From UHGV virus genome UHGV-0337819: DNA of 39,182 nt; one strand, 5' to 3'. This DNA is from a virus. The notes beneath the pieces were generated by a model, which worked only from the letters and a program-made list of their open reading frames with translations, searched no databases and was not told the origin of the DNA. The stretch's first letter is position 1; every line of letters starts with the position of its first letter. Both the position numbers and the translations under genes were made by a program. Shown here in pieces: positions 18,409-27,063 of the stretch.

Positions 18409-18447
18409 ATCAGTAAATAAAAATAAAAGGATAAGCCTAACTTATCC

Positions 18448-18630
18448 TCAGTTAAAAGTAGTATCAACAATGATTGCTTTTGGATTCATATCATTCTTAA
18501 TGGATTCAATGATTTCTAAAACAGAAGATTTGTAGTAGTAAGTTTTGCTTGATGCGATTATTTCATTTTCTTCAGTTTTAATCAAAAAATAGTATTTTTT
18601 ATCAGAAGCTCGTTTAATCACAAAAAACAT
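18448..18630 (-). CDS. DUF1508/YegP-like small protein
   Basis: 60 aa. FVIKRASDKKYYFLIKTEENEIIASSKTYYYKSSVLEIIESIKN resembles the YegP repeat pattern (F.I.K...G.Y.F.L.A.NGE.I..SE.Y..K.....GI.SVK.N). It is the only minus-strand gene in the early region. Confidence 0.4.
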   Translation of the reverse strand: MFFVIKRASDKKYYFLIKTEENEIIASSKTYYYKSSVLEIIESIKNDMNPKAIIVDTTFN

Positions 18631-18682
18631 TTTTGCACCCCACTTTCAATTGAATTATATCAAAATATAGGAGGTTAACAAC

Positions 18683-18877
18683 ATGAAAGCAATTCGAGAA
18701 ACACGATTGATAGGCGCATTTTTATTGATGATTGTGCTAGGTGTGTTATTGAAAAGCCACTTTTCAGTTCCAGTGTTGGCAACAATAAGTGTACCTCTTT
18801 TTATCCGTTGGTTTTTCAACTGGGACGAAGCGGAGTATCAGCATTTTCAAAAAAAGACAAAAAAAGCCCCACTTTAG
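18683..18877 (+). CDS. small membrane protein
   Basis: 64 aa with two predicted TM segments; RBS AGGAGG lies upstream. Confidence 0.3.
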   Translation: MKAIRETRLIGAFLLMIVLGVLLKSHFSVPVLATISVPLFIRWFFNWDEAEYQHFQKKTKKAPL

Positions 18878-18949
18878 TTAGAGCTAAAGCAGGGAAAATA
18901 AAGTAAATAGAATCTAAATAAATTGTATCACAGAAAGGAAGGCAATAAA

Positions 18950-19357
18950 ATGTCAAAAAATATTAATGTTCCTTTAAGTGGGATTAGTGAGGGAGGATTA
19001 CAAGAACGATTTGATTATGAGCTTGCTCAAGTCATTAACAATATAAATGATCCTAATACAGATCCTACAAAAAAGAGAAAGATAACAATTGATTTAACGA
19101 TTATTCCAGACGAATATCGTGAAGATATTTTGATTGATTATCAAGTGAAATCAAAATTAGTTCCAAGAGAAGCATTAACTTCAAAAATTATTATTGGTCA
19201 AGATGGTAAAGGAAAACCGTTAGCAAATGAATTGAAAAGTGGACAACGAGGCCAGATGTATTTCGATCCAGATGATTCTGAATTGAAAGATGATAAAGGC
19301 ACACCAGTAGAAGAAATTGAAGAAACAGATAAAATAAAAAAATTTAAAACAAACTAG
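18950..19357 (+). CDS. hypothetical protein
   Basis: Start at ATG 18950 with RBS GAAAGGAAGG; the supplied ORF starts at 18923 in frame. 135 aa. Confidence 0.35.
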   Translation: MSKNINVPLSGISEGGLQERFDYELAQVINNINDPNTDPTKKRKITIDLTIIPDEYREDILIDYQVKSKLVPREALTSKIIIGQDGKGKPLANELKSGQRGQMYFDPDDSELKDDKGTPVEEIEETDKIKKFKTN

Positions 19358-19369
19358 GAGTGAAATATT

Positions 19370-20113
19370 ATGTCAGAACATTTAAAAGAAGCTTTAGCGT
19401 ATGCAGTAAGATTACGTGATGACCAAAAAATTATTTATAAAGAAGAGGAAAAAGTATTTTTTGATCGTTCAAAAGCGGATTTAGTTGAACTCGATCCAAT
19501 TAAACGAGCAGAAACACTCACAGTTAATTCTTTATCTGGATTAATTGGTTATCTACAATCAAAATTTTCCCATGAAGAAGTTACGTCAAAATTATTAATT
19601 CATGTTGAAAGCCCAACAAACGTTGCTGTTTATTCAGCTTTAGATGCAGATCGTAAGCGTGAAAAAATTATTGAAGCAAAAGCGTTATTAGAAGTGTTTC
19701 CATATAGTCGCTTTATGGATTCAGAAGAATTTATTATTAATGTTCAATCTCTTATTCAACGTGATCTTGATGCAAAAGCTATTCTGGAATGTGCTAGCGC
19801 TATTCGAATTGAAGGCGGGGGAGATTTAGTTGATAACGGAGTTTCTCAAGTTGCTACAGTAAAAGAAGGAGCAGCAACGCTCACAAAAGCAGAAGTACCT
19901 AGTCCAGCAAATTTAAGACCTTATCGAACATTTTTAGAAGTTGAACAGCCAGATAGCCCATTTGTTTTTAGAATCAATAAATATGGTCATTGCGCATTGT
20001 TCGAAGCAGATGGTGGGATTTGGAAACATGTAGCTATGGAACGTATTCATGAATATTTAAATCAATCTTTAAATGAGTATGTTGAAAAAGGTTCAGTAAC
20101 AATTATTGCGTAA
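19370..20113 (+). CDS. hypothetical protein (early/recombination module)
   Basis: 247 aa; RBS AGGAG lies upstream; no motif recognised. Confidence 0.35.
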   Translation: MSEHLKEALAYAVRLRDDQKIIYKEEEKVFFDRSKADLVELDPIKRAETLTVNSLSGLIGYLQSKFSHEEVTSKLLIHVESPTNVAVYSALDADRKREKIIEAKALLEVFPYSRFMDSEEFIINVQSLIQRDLDAKAILECASAIRIEGGGDLVDNGVSQVATVKEGAATLTKAEVPSPANLRPYRTFLEVEQPDSPFVFRINKYGHCALFEADGGIWKHVAMERIHEYLNQSLNEYVEKGSVTIIA

Positions 20114-20184
20114 ATAAAAAGAGCCTCACTCGTTTTTTGACGAGTGGGGACACATATAAAATTAACTAAGGAGAGTATACCAAA

Positions 20185-20523
20185 ATGAACGACAAAATTC
20201 AAAAATTGATTAAAAAACTAGCAAAAGAATGCCAGAAAGAAGATGTAGGTTTATCTTTGGCTGCTATCGATTTAGAAGGAGAGATGGCAATATCTCAAGT
20301 TGGAAAAGGCACGATAGTAGCCATTGCTGCACATAGCCAATATACACTAACAAAAGAAAAACTGGAACAATCAGATTGTGATTGTCCAAAACATCGTTTA
20401 TTAAAAGAGATGTACGGTATTGAAACAGAAACTACGACTAAAAATACACATACTTTTGTCACAGATGATCCAAACGATTTGATGGATATATTATCGAAGA
20501 TTTTTCAAGGTGAGTTTAAATGA
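20185..20523 (+). CDS. hypothetical protein
   Basis: 112 aa; RBS AAGGAG lies upstream. Confidence 0.3.
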   Translation: MNDKIQKLIKKLAKECQKEDVGLSLAAIDLEGEMAISQVGKGTIVAIAAHSQYTLTKEKLEQSDCDCPKHRLLKEMYGIETETTTKNTHTFVTDDPNDLMDILSKIFQGEFK

Positions 20524-20699
20524 CTAGAAAAGAAAAGTTAAACCAAGCAAAAAGATTAGCTGATTTATGGTACAGGCAGCAAAAAAATCAATTATACATT
20601 GCGCAACAAAAAGAGCGCAGAGGAATTGCATGATGAAAAAAGCGACTACGCCGCCAAGCAAATAGTCGCAAAAAAATATACTGATAGGGGAATTATATC

Positions 20700-20945
20700 A
20701 TGAAAATAGAATTTGATTCAATTGGGAGAATTCATTTACTTGATGAATCTTCGCCCTATGGTTCTTTAATTTTTGAAAAAGACATTGAAAACGATCATGT
20801 TGCTGTATATCAAGATAGCGAAGATGAAGAGGTTAGATTTGCATTTGAAAGTTTAGATGAATGTGCTTATTTCAAAAAATCTGAATTAATTGAAGGATTA
20901 GAAAAAGTTCTTTCATTGTTGAAAGAGGAGGAACGAAATGAATAA
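20700..20945 (+). CDS. small highly acidic protein
   Basis: 81 aa, strongly D/E-rich (...YQDSEDEEVRFAFESLDECAYF...LKEEERNE). Overlaps the ERF start. Confidence 0.3.
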   Translation: MKIEFDSIGRIHLLDESSPYGSLIFEKDIENDHVAVYQDSEDEEVRFAFESLDECAYFKKSELIEGLEKVLSLLKEEERNE

Positions 20946-21615
20946 TTGCAGTGAAAATTTAGAAAAACTTTTTGATGGTATGTATAAATTAAAAAGTAAG
21001 TTAACTCAACCAAAATTTGATGCAGAAGTTGCTTATTCGACTAAAAAAGGAGCAATGAATTTCCAGTATGCCACTCTTAAAGCGATTGAAGAAGCGATTA
21101 GAAAAGCTGCACAAGAATCCGAAAGCGGAATTGATTTTCAACAAAATGTTGTCAATGAAAATAATGCGTTAAAAGTTACAACAATTATCACTCATATAAG
21201 CGGGCAGTATATCATTCATGGTCCATTTGAATTCCCCAATAGTGGCACCAATCCACAAGGGCTAGGAAGCTTAACAACTTATGCAAGACGTTACTCTTTG
21301 TCTGCTGCTTTTGGAATTGCTGCAGATAAAGACGACGATGGCCAAACGGCAGCTGAAAAGAACAGCGATACTCCGAAAGTTAATTTGATTAGCGGTAAAC
21401 AGTTAGCTACGTTGAATGATCATATCCGACAACTTTCTGAATTATCAAATTCTGAACTTGATTATGTACGAAACGAACTAAGTAAAGAATTAAATATAGA
21501 TGTCAATGAAAACATGCCAGCTAGCATGTTCAATAAAGCTATTGGAGTTCTGAAGCAATGGATACAACAATTCCAGCCACAACCAGAAGAAAACATTACA
21601 TGGGGGCAAAAATAA
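20938..21615 (+). CDS. ERF-family single-strand annealing protein
   Basis: 225 aa. FQYATLKAIEEAIRKAA...GQYIIHGPFEF...GLGSLTTYARRYSLSAAFGIAADKDDDG matches the ERF superfamily core. Confidence 0.65.
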   Translation: MNNCSENLEKLFDGMYKLKSKLTQPKFDAEVAYSTKKGAMNFQYATLKAIEEAIRKAAQESESGIDFQQNVVNENNALKVTTIITHISGQYIIHGPFEFPNSGTNPQGLGSLTTYARRYSLSAAFGIAADKDDDGQTAAEKNSDTPKVNLISGKQLATLNDHIRQLSELSNSELDYVRNELSKELNIDVNENMPASMFNKAIGVLKQWIQQFQPQPEENITWGQK

Positions 21616-22538
21616 TGACAAACGAATTAACAACAGATTTGCAATTTAATGTTGATTTTAAAGCTAGTGAAATCACTATTCAAAATGAAACACAGTTGGC
21701 TGAAATGGTCGATAGCGCCGTTAGTCACTATTCAACAATGGTTTTTACTGATGAAAACATTCCAGAAGCAAAAAAAGCAAGAGCAGACTTAAACAAAGTT
21801 GCGACGTTGCTAGATGATCAACGCAAAGTGGTTAAAAATCAATATAATAAGCCATTAAAAGATTTTGAGAAAAAAATAAAAAAATATATGAGCCAAATTG
21901 AAGATGTTAGCGATGAAATCAATAAAAATATTCAAGCATATGAAGAAGCGGAACGTCAGAAGCGATTAGAAAAAATTCAAACAGTAATCGATGAAATGTC
22001 TGAAAACTATAATGTATCAATGGAGGAAATTGAAATTTCCAATTCATGGCTTAACAAGACCTCTTTTACAGCTAAAGGAGAGCCAACTAAAAAAATTATT
22101 GAAGAAATTGCATCTGTGATGACAACATTAGCCAATGAAAAAGAACGTATTGAGAACGATAAAAAAATAATTGAAAACTATACTAAAGCGGTTGGTTTAG
22201 AACCATATTCTTGGGTTGGTTTGATTGATAGCGGGCGTACAGCATCAGAATTGATAAAGGAAATTGATTCAGCCTTTGCTTTAAAAAAAGAACAAGAAGA
22301 ACGAGAAAAAGCAAAAAAAGAGCACGACGATGCTATTGCTGCCTTGAAAACTGAAACAATCAACAATAAAACAGTTGACACTGAAACAGGCGAAATCATT
22401 ACAGAAGAAGTGCCAAAAACCAGCAGAAAACAACAAGAGAAAACAGTTACGTTAAGACTAACAGCAGAGCATCAAAAGTTAGTTGCGTTAAACAATTTTA
22501 TTATTAATAACGGCATTCAAGTGGAAGTGGTTGAATGA
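21615..22538 (+). CDS. hypothetical coiled-coil protein (DUF1351-like, recombination-module accessory)
   Basis: Start at ATG 21615 (TAATG overlap with the ERF stop); the supplied ORF starts at 21558 in frame. Long K/E-rich coiled coil. Confidence 0.4.
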   Translation: MTNELTTDLQFNVDFKASEITIQNETQLAEMVDSAVSHYSTMVFTDENIPEAKKARADLNKVATLLDDQRKVVKNQYNKPLKDFEKKIKKYMSQIEDVSDEINKNIQAYEEAERQKRLEKIQTVIDEMSENYNVSMEEIEISNSWLNKTSFTAKGEPTKKIIEEIASVMTTLANEKERIENDKKIIENYTKAVGLEPYSWVGLIDSGRTASELIKEIDSAFALKKEQEEREKAKKEHDDAIAALKTETINNKTVDTETGEIITEEVPKTSRKQQEKTVTLRLTAEHQKLVALNNFIINNGIQVEVVE

Positions 22539-23215
22539 ACTTAAACAACGTTTATTCCGCAGTTATTAAATCTTTAAAAGGTCAAAGAATAACTGCGGAC
22601 ATAAACGAAGTAATTAACATTGAACGGCTTAAAACAATGTACTACGGATATGATGGACCAAGGGAAGTTGAAATTCGTTTTATCGATCCAAGACAATTTA
22701 CTGCAGCACAACGAAACTTTATATATGCGCTGTTAGGAGATATTAGCAGAGAAACAGGAGATAAAACCTCTTTGTTGAAGGATATGTTCTATTCACACTT
22801 TGAAGAGCTTAGAGGTTATCCTATGAGCTTAAAAAAGGAATCAAAAAACACGGTAGACGATGCAACAATTTTAGCAAATATAATTCTTGATTATATTTTT
22901 GAAAATAGCATTCCCTTTAAAAAAGGTTACGATATTTTGCCAGGAAACCAAGAATATTATTTTTATAAATGTATTACTAAACGTGTTTGCTGCATTTGTG
23001 GAAAAACTAGCGCAGAGATTGATCATTTTGATAAAGCGTTAGGACGAAGAAACAGAAGGAAAGTTGACCATACAGAATATACATTTGCATCTTTATGTCA
23101 TTGCCATCATAAAGAAAAACACGATATAGGAATAAAAGCATTTAAAGCTAAATATCATGTTAAAGGAATTAAATTAAATCAAGACACCATTAAAAAGTTA
23201 AACATAGGGGGTTAA
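22535..23215 (+). CDS. conserved phage protein with C-terminal Cys/His cluster (HNH-like/DUF968-type)
   Basis: 226 aa. C-terminal CCICGKTSAEIDHFDKALGRRNRRKVDHTEYTFASLCHCHHKEKH. Contains an internal copy of TTGACCATAC at 23064-23073. Confidence 0.35.
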   Translation: MNLNNVYSAVIKSLKGQRITADINEVINIERLKTMYYGYDGPREVEIRFIDPRQFTAAQRNFIYALLGDISRETGDKTSLLKDMFYSHFEELRGYPMSLKKESKNTVDDATILANIILDYIFENSIPFKKGYDILPGNQEYYFYKCITKRVCCICGKTSAEIDHFDKALGRRNRRKVDHTEYTFASLCHCHHKEKHDIGIKAFKAKYHVKGIKLNQDTIKKLNIGG

Positions 23216-23218
23216 ACA

Positions 23219-24178
23219 ATGGCAGAAATCAGTTGGATAAAACTAAAAACGACCATGTTCGATGATGAAAAGATAAAACTTATCCAATCGATGCCAGAAG
23301 CCGATGCAATACTAGTGATTTGGATTCGATTACTAGTATTGGCTGGCAAAACCAATGATGAGGGATTGATCTATATTCAGAGGAACATGCCTTATACCGA
23401 AGAAATGTTGGCGACGTTGTTTTCTAAGCCTGTCAATGTTGTTCGTTTGGCTTTAATGACTTTACAGCAATTCAATATGATTGATTTAAACGAAGATGGA
23501 TTAATTGCTATTGAAAACTGGGATAAGCACCAAAACATTGAAGGCATGGAAAAAGTACGTTTGAAAAATGCAGAACGAGTTAGAAAACATCGAGAACGCA
23601 AGAAACAACAGGCTTTAGAGGATAAAAATAGTGGTAACGTTACATGTAACGTTACAGTAACGGATTGTAACGGTACAGATAAAGATATAGATAAAGAAAT
23701 AGATATAGATATAGATAAAGATAAAAAGAATAGGTCAAAAACATCTTGTAAATATTCTGACGAACATTTACGTCTTGCTGAAAAGTTAAAAAATAATTTA
23801 ATCAATGATTTTCCAAGTGAAATGAAAAGAGTGAACATTGAAAAATGGGCTGATACGTTCAGGTTAATAGAAGAACGAGATCAACAAACTATTGCAGCAA
23901 TTGACTATGTTCTTGATTGGTTACCGACTAATTCATTCTGGTTTGGAAACATTAGAAGTGCTTCTAAGCTAAGAACACAGTTCGAAAAACTAAAATTTGA
24001 AATCAAGAATGAAAAAGAACGTGGTCAACAACGAGCAACTTACCAACGTCAAAATGTTAGGACTGAAAAATTACCAGATTGGGCAAAAGAACCAAATAAC
24101 CAGCAAGAAGAAAAGCTATCGCCAGAAAAGCAAGCTGAATTTGAAAAACAAATGCAAGAATTGTTGGGAGGAGAGTAA
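23219..24178 (+). CDS. phage replisome organiser / DnaD-like replication initiation protein
   Basis: 319 aa. N-terminus MAEISWIKLKTTMFDDEKIKLIQSMPEADAILVIWIRLLVLAGKTNDEGLIY matches the phage replisome-organiser N-terminal domain. A low-complexity linker (NVTCNVTVTDCNGTDKDIDKEIDIDIDKDKK) is encoded by the iteron region. Confidence 0.7.
   Translation: MAEISWIKLKTTMFDDEKIKLIQSMPEADAILVIWIRLLVLAGKTNDEGLIYIQRNMPYTEEMLATLFSKPVNVVRLALMTLQQFNMIDLNEDGLIAIENWDKHQNIEGMEKVRLKNAERVRKHRERKKQQALEDKNSGNVTCNVTVTDCNGTDKDIDKEIDIDIDKDKKNRSKTSCKYSDEHLRLAEKLKNNLINDFPSEMKRVNIEKWADTFRLIEERDQQTIAAIDYVLDWLPTNSFWFGNIRSASKLRTQFEKLKFEIKNEKERGQQRATYQRQNVRTEKLPDWAKEPNNQQEEKLSPEKQAEFEKQMQELLGGE
23634..23728. repeat. putative origin of replication embedded in the replisome-organiser gene: GTAACG-type iterons plus AGATA(A/T)AG AT-rich repeats
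   Basis: GTAACGTTAC palindromes at 23634-23643 and 23646-23655. GTAACGG at 23657 and 23667, at 10-12-bp spacing. Then GATAAAGATATAGATAAAGAAATAGATATAGATATAGATAAAGATAAAAAG at 23677-23728. Confidence 0.55.
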
Positions 24179-24181
24179 ATC

Positions 24182-24484
24182 ATGATTGAAATGAGAGTAC
24201 TTGATTATCGAATTACTAGCGATGATAGGCAAGTAATCGTAAATAAAGCAAGACGAAACGAACACGGAGAGTTAACCATTTTGACTGATAAAGACGGTAC
24301 ACAAAAAGAATCACTCGCTTTGATTGGTTATTATGGCAATTTAAGTAAGGCTCTCGTCGCAATAGAACGCGATTATGTGCTTTCTAGTGGTAAAACAATA
24401 CAAACAGTCAAAGAATACAAAAAAGAGCTAGAATCGATTCACAGCAAGCTAAAACGTGAATTAGATTTCGGGGAGGAATTTTAG
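24182..24484 (+). CDS. hypothetical protein
   Basis: 100 aa; starts 3 bp after the replication gene. Confidence 0.3.
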   Translation: MIEMRVLDYRITSDDRQVIVNKARRNEHGELTILTDKDGTQKESLALIGYYGNLSKALVAIERDYVLSSGKTIQTVKEYKKELESIHSKLKRELDFGEEF

Positions 24485-24784
24485 ATGGATGAATTAGTTA
24501 AATTAGTGGAAGAATGGGCGAAAGAAAAGCGTTTAGATAAAGCGGAATCTGAAAAGCAAATGCTAAAAGTGATTGAGGAAGTCGGAGAAGTTGGCGCTTC
24601 ATTGGCAAGAAACAACGAAAACGACCTAAGAGATGGTATCGGGGATGTGGTTGTGACATTAATTATTCTTGCTATGCAAAATAACATGGACTTACACGAA
24701 TGCTTAAATCAAGCATATAGCGAAATCAAAAATCGCCAAGGGAAAATGGTAAACGGAGTATTCGTCAAAGAAGCCGATTTGTAA
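24485..24784 (+). CDS. MazG-like nucleotide pyrophosphohydrolase
   Basis: 99 aa. EEVGEVGASLARNNENDLRDGIGDVVVTLIILAMQNNMDL matches the small phage MazG core (EExGE...D.lGDvl). Confidence 0.65.
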   Translation: MDELVKLVEEWAKEKRLDKAESEKQMLKVIEEVGEVGASLARNNENDLRDGIGDVVVTLIILAMQNNMDLHECLNQAYSEIKNRQGKMVNGVFVKEADL

Positions 24785-24792
24785 GGTTCGAG

Positions 24793-25224
24793 GTGGAAGA
24801 GATGCGAATTATTCTACCGATTGAACCAAAGCCACAAAGTCGCCCGAGATTCGCAAGGCGTGGAAATTATGTTCAAACCTACGAAGATCGAGCGATGAAA
24901 GAATACAAAAATCAAGTAAAGAATTATCTTCGTAAATCAAGAGCAAAGTTGATTGAAAAAGGGCCAATTTCCGCGCATGTGACGTTTTATATCCATCCGC
25001 CTAAATCTGCTCTAAGTAATAAGCAGAAACGGTTAGACGTGAAATTAGAGCGTAAATATTGCGACAAAAAACCAGACCTCGATAATTATTTCAAAGCAGT
25101 CACAGATGCTGCTGAAGGCATTTTGTACAAAAATGACGGTCAAATAGCTGTGATGGTATGTCAAAAGCTCTACAGCTTAAACCCACGAACAGAAATTGAA
25201 ATCATGAGATTGGAGGGGGAATAA
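24793..25224 (+). CDS. rusA: RusA-family Holliday junction resolvase
   Basis: RIILPIEPKPQSRPRF...DLDNYFKAVTDAAEGILYKNDGQI matches the RusA family. Track start is the GTG at 24793; the alternative ATG at 24802 has the better RBS (GAGGTGG). Confidence 0.7.
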   Translation: MEEMRIILPIEPKPQSRPRFARRGNYVQTYEDRAMKEYKNQVKNYLRKSRAKLIEKGPISAHVTFYIHPPKSALSNKQKRLDVKLERKYCDKKPDLDNYFKAVTDAAEGILYKNDGQIAVMVCQKLYSLNPRTEIEIMRLEGE

Positions 25225-25979
25225 TGGCAAACAATATACTCAAAGCAAAAAAACAAGCCATTCGACATAAAATTCTTTCTCTGACAGGCGACGACGATAC
25301 TTGGATGAACAATCCAGAAATCGTGAGAGAGGTCCAGCGGTTGTCTACGTTATTAAATTCTGATCGCATAGGTGATAAGCGACCATTGCCAAGGCTAGAT
25401 CCTGATAAGCTGACGAAAGAAGAATACCAACGCTTGTTGGATTTGGGCTATCAAGTAAAAGATATTAAGAAAGCCCTAGGGCTAGGCACAACAACCTTTC
25501 AAAATTGGCGAATGGCGAATGAAATAGAAAATAAAATTAAGAGAAAGCAAAATAACAAAGTAGAGGAGAACAAGCACATGAAATTTAACATCAATACAGC
25601 AAGTTTATTATTACCGGGAACATTTGGAGCAGAAGGAAAAGAGTGTATTACGATTTCGAAAAGTGGACTAGCTTTAAGTGGTCCAGTTGTGAGACGACTA
25701 AATAAACCTGAATGGGTCCAATTATATTTAGATGAATCTAGATTAGCGTTGTTCGTCATTCCGTGTGAAGCGACAGACGAAGGCGCTAGAAGTTGTGTAA
25801 ATCCTAAATCAAACGGGAAAGCAGGTTACCGTAAAAGCTGGTCAGGGAGCATTTTAGAGAAGGTAGCTAAAGCCAGTGGAATGGATATTGAAAATTATCG
25901 TTACCATGTTGAACCAGAAGGAGTAGAAGGGTATCCGACAGCATTAGGCTTTGATTTAACAAAGGCGGTAAAAAATTAA
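25224..25979 (+). CDS. hypothetical protein (possible AbrB/SpoVT-like segment in C-terminal half)
   Basis: 251 aa. ITISKSGLALSGPVVRRLNKPEWVQLYLDE weakly resembles a swapped-hairpin DNA-binding fold; not confident. Confidence 0.3.
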   Translation: MANNILKAKKQAIRHKILSLTGDDDTWMNNPEIVREVQRLSTLLNSDRIGDKRPLPRLDPDKLTKEEYQRLLDLGYQVKDIKKALGLGTTTFQNWRMANEIENKIKRKQNNKVEENKHMKFNINTASLLLPGTFGAEGKECITISKSGLALSGPVVRRLNKPEWVQLYLDESRLALFVIPCEATDEGARSCVNPKSNGKAGYRKSWSGSILEKVAKASGMDIENYRYHVEPEGVEGYPTALGFDLTKAVKN

Positions 25980-26143
25980 TGGGTAAAAAACGTTCGAAGA
26001 TAAAAAAGAAAAACCGCAGACTAAAAGAAAAAGCTATCGCAAACGGCACATACAATAAGCGAGGTAAAAACGATGACGTGCATAAAATGCAAGGGAGAAC
26101 GGGTTGTCTGGACGAAGGACAAATACGGACATGCGAAAGCTAA
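25979..26143 (+). CDS. possible small basic peptide (MGKKRSKIKKKNRRLKEKAIANGT...), paralog of 28400-28489
   Basis: ATG at 25979-25981 overlaps the upstream stop (TAATG). The first 24 codons have a protein-level paralog at 28400. The extent is uncertain because a zinc-ribbon ORF follows in another frame. Confidence 0.2.
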   Translation: MGKKRSKIKKKNRRLKEKAIANGTYNKRGKNDDVHKMQGRTGCLDEGQIRTCES

Positions 26144-26210
26144 ACCATGCCCAGTATGTAATCGTGAAGGAAATAATGTCAGGAACGAATTAAAAACACT
26201 AAAAAAATAA
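26073..26210 (+). CDS. small zinc-ribbon protein (CxxC...CxxC)
   Basis: 45-aa ORF not in the supplied track. Sequence MTCIKCKGERVVWTKDKYGHAKAKPCPVCNREGNNVRNELKTLKK, with four Cys in two CxxC pairs. GAGGT RBS lies 7 nt upstream. Confidence 0.35.
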   Translation: MTCIKCKGERVVWTKDKYGHAKAKPCPVCNREGNNVRNELKTLKK

Positions 26211-26266
26211 CAGAGGAGGTATGGAGGTTTGGTCGACCACAAAGAATTCTTTACTCCTTTGAAATT

Positions 26267-27010
26267 ATGATAGTATGGGCACTATTTGATAGTGGGAACG
26301 GATGTTATAAACGTTCTGCACAAAAGTTTGAAGATATAGAAATATACAGCATAGGTTTGGATATTGAAAACAAGAATGACCATTTTATTCATCTGAATTT
26401 AGCGGACTATTCTTATATGTTCAACGATAATAAATTATTCAAAGTTTTAGACAAATTACCAAAGCCGGATCTAATTATTGCAAGCCCACCGTGCGAAAGC
26501 TGGTCAGTAGCTAGTGCAATGAAAAATGGGAATGCTTGTTGGAAAAGAGAAGATGTAACAGATAATTTATTTGCACCACAGATATTACCAAGCCCGTTTA
26601 CTATAAGAACCACAAAAGATTACGAAGATACTAATTATGTTTATGAACGACAATTTTTAAAAAGAGTGAATGGAGAGTTAACGGTTTTTAATACTATAAA
26701 AATTATAAAAAAGTACCAACCCAGATATTTCATTATTGAGAACCCGGCTAATGGTAAAATTTGGGAATATATTGAAGATGTCTTGAATTTTAAACTACCA
26801 TTTAAAAATTTAACCAGGTATAACAATTATGATTATCCATTACAGAAGCCTACGAAATTTGCCAGTAATATTCATTTGGGATTGAAAAATAAAGTTATTA
26901 AACAAGAAATTGCCTGGGGCAATTTTTCCAAAAGCTATAATGAACGATCAAATATTCCAGAAAAATTAGTGGATGACATATTTAAAAAAGTTTTAGAGAA
27001 AAATAAATAG
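26267..27010 (+). CDS. DNA (cytosine-5)-methyltransferase-like protein, unusually short
   Basis: 247 aa. WALFDSGNGCY resembles motif I (F.G.GG). DLIIASPPCESWSVAS resembles motif IV (GFPCQAFSIAG, with the catalytic Cys). YFIIENPANG resembles motif VI (ENV). No room for a normal target-recognition domain. Confidence 0.45.
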   Translation: MIVWALFDSGNGCYKRSAQKFEDIEIYSIGLDIENKNDHFIHLNLADYSYMFNDNKLFKVLDKLPKPDLIIASPPCESWSVASAMKNGNACWKREDVTDNLFAPQILPSPFTIRTTKDYEDTNYVYERQFLKRVNGELTVFNTIKIIKKYQPRYFIIENPANGKIWEYIEDVLNFKLPFKNLTRYNNYDYPLQKPTKFASNIHLGLKNKVIKQEIAWGNFSKSYNERSNIPEKLVDDIFKKVLEKNK

Positions 27011-27063
27011 AAAGGAGCGGAGGTTTGCGGCCGCATTAAAAAGCTTTTTGCTCCTTAAAAACG

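Noticed and set aside
23634-23728. CRISPR array reading of the short tandem repeats in the replication gene
   Set aside because: The repeats are 7-10 bp, with no 25-40-bp spacers or regular repeat/spacer units. They lie in frame inside a replication-initiator ORF, so they are origin iterons.
23392-23838. Minus-strand 148-aa ORF antisense to the replisome-organiser gene
   Set aside because: Its translation is dominated by ISLSISLS repeats produced by the AGATA iterons, and there is no RBS. It is an artefact of the origin repeats.
25499-26242. Minus-strand ORFs 25499-25759, 25867-26055, 26021-26242 and 26413-26826 in the early-gene region
   Set aside because: They are antisense to co-directional + strand genes that have RBSs and overlapping stop/start codons. 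No independent support.
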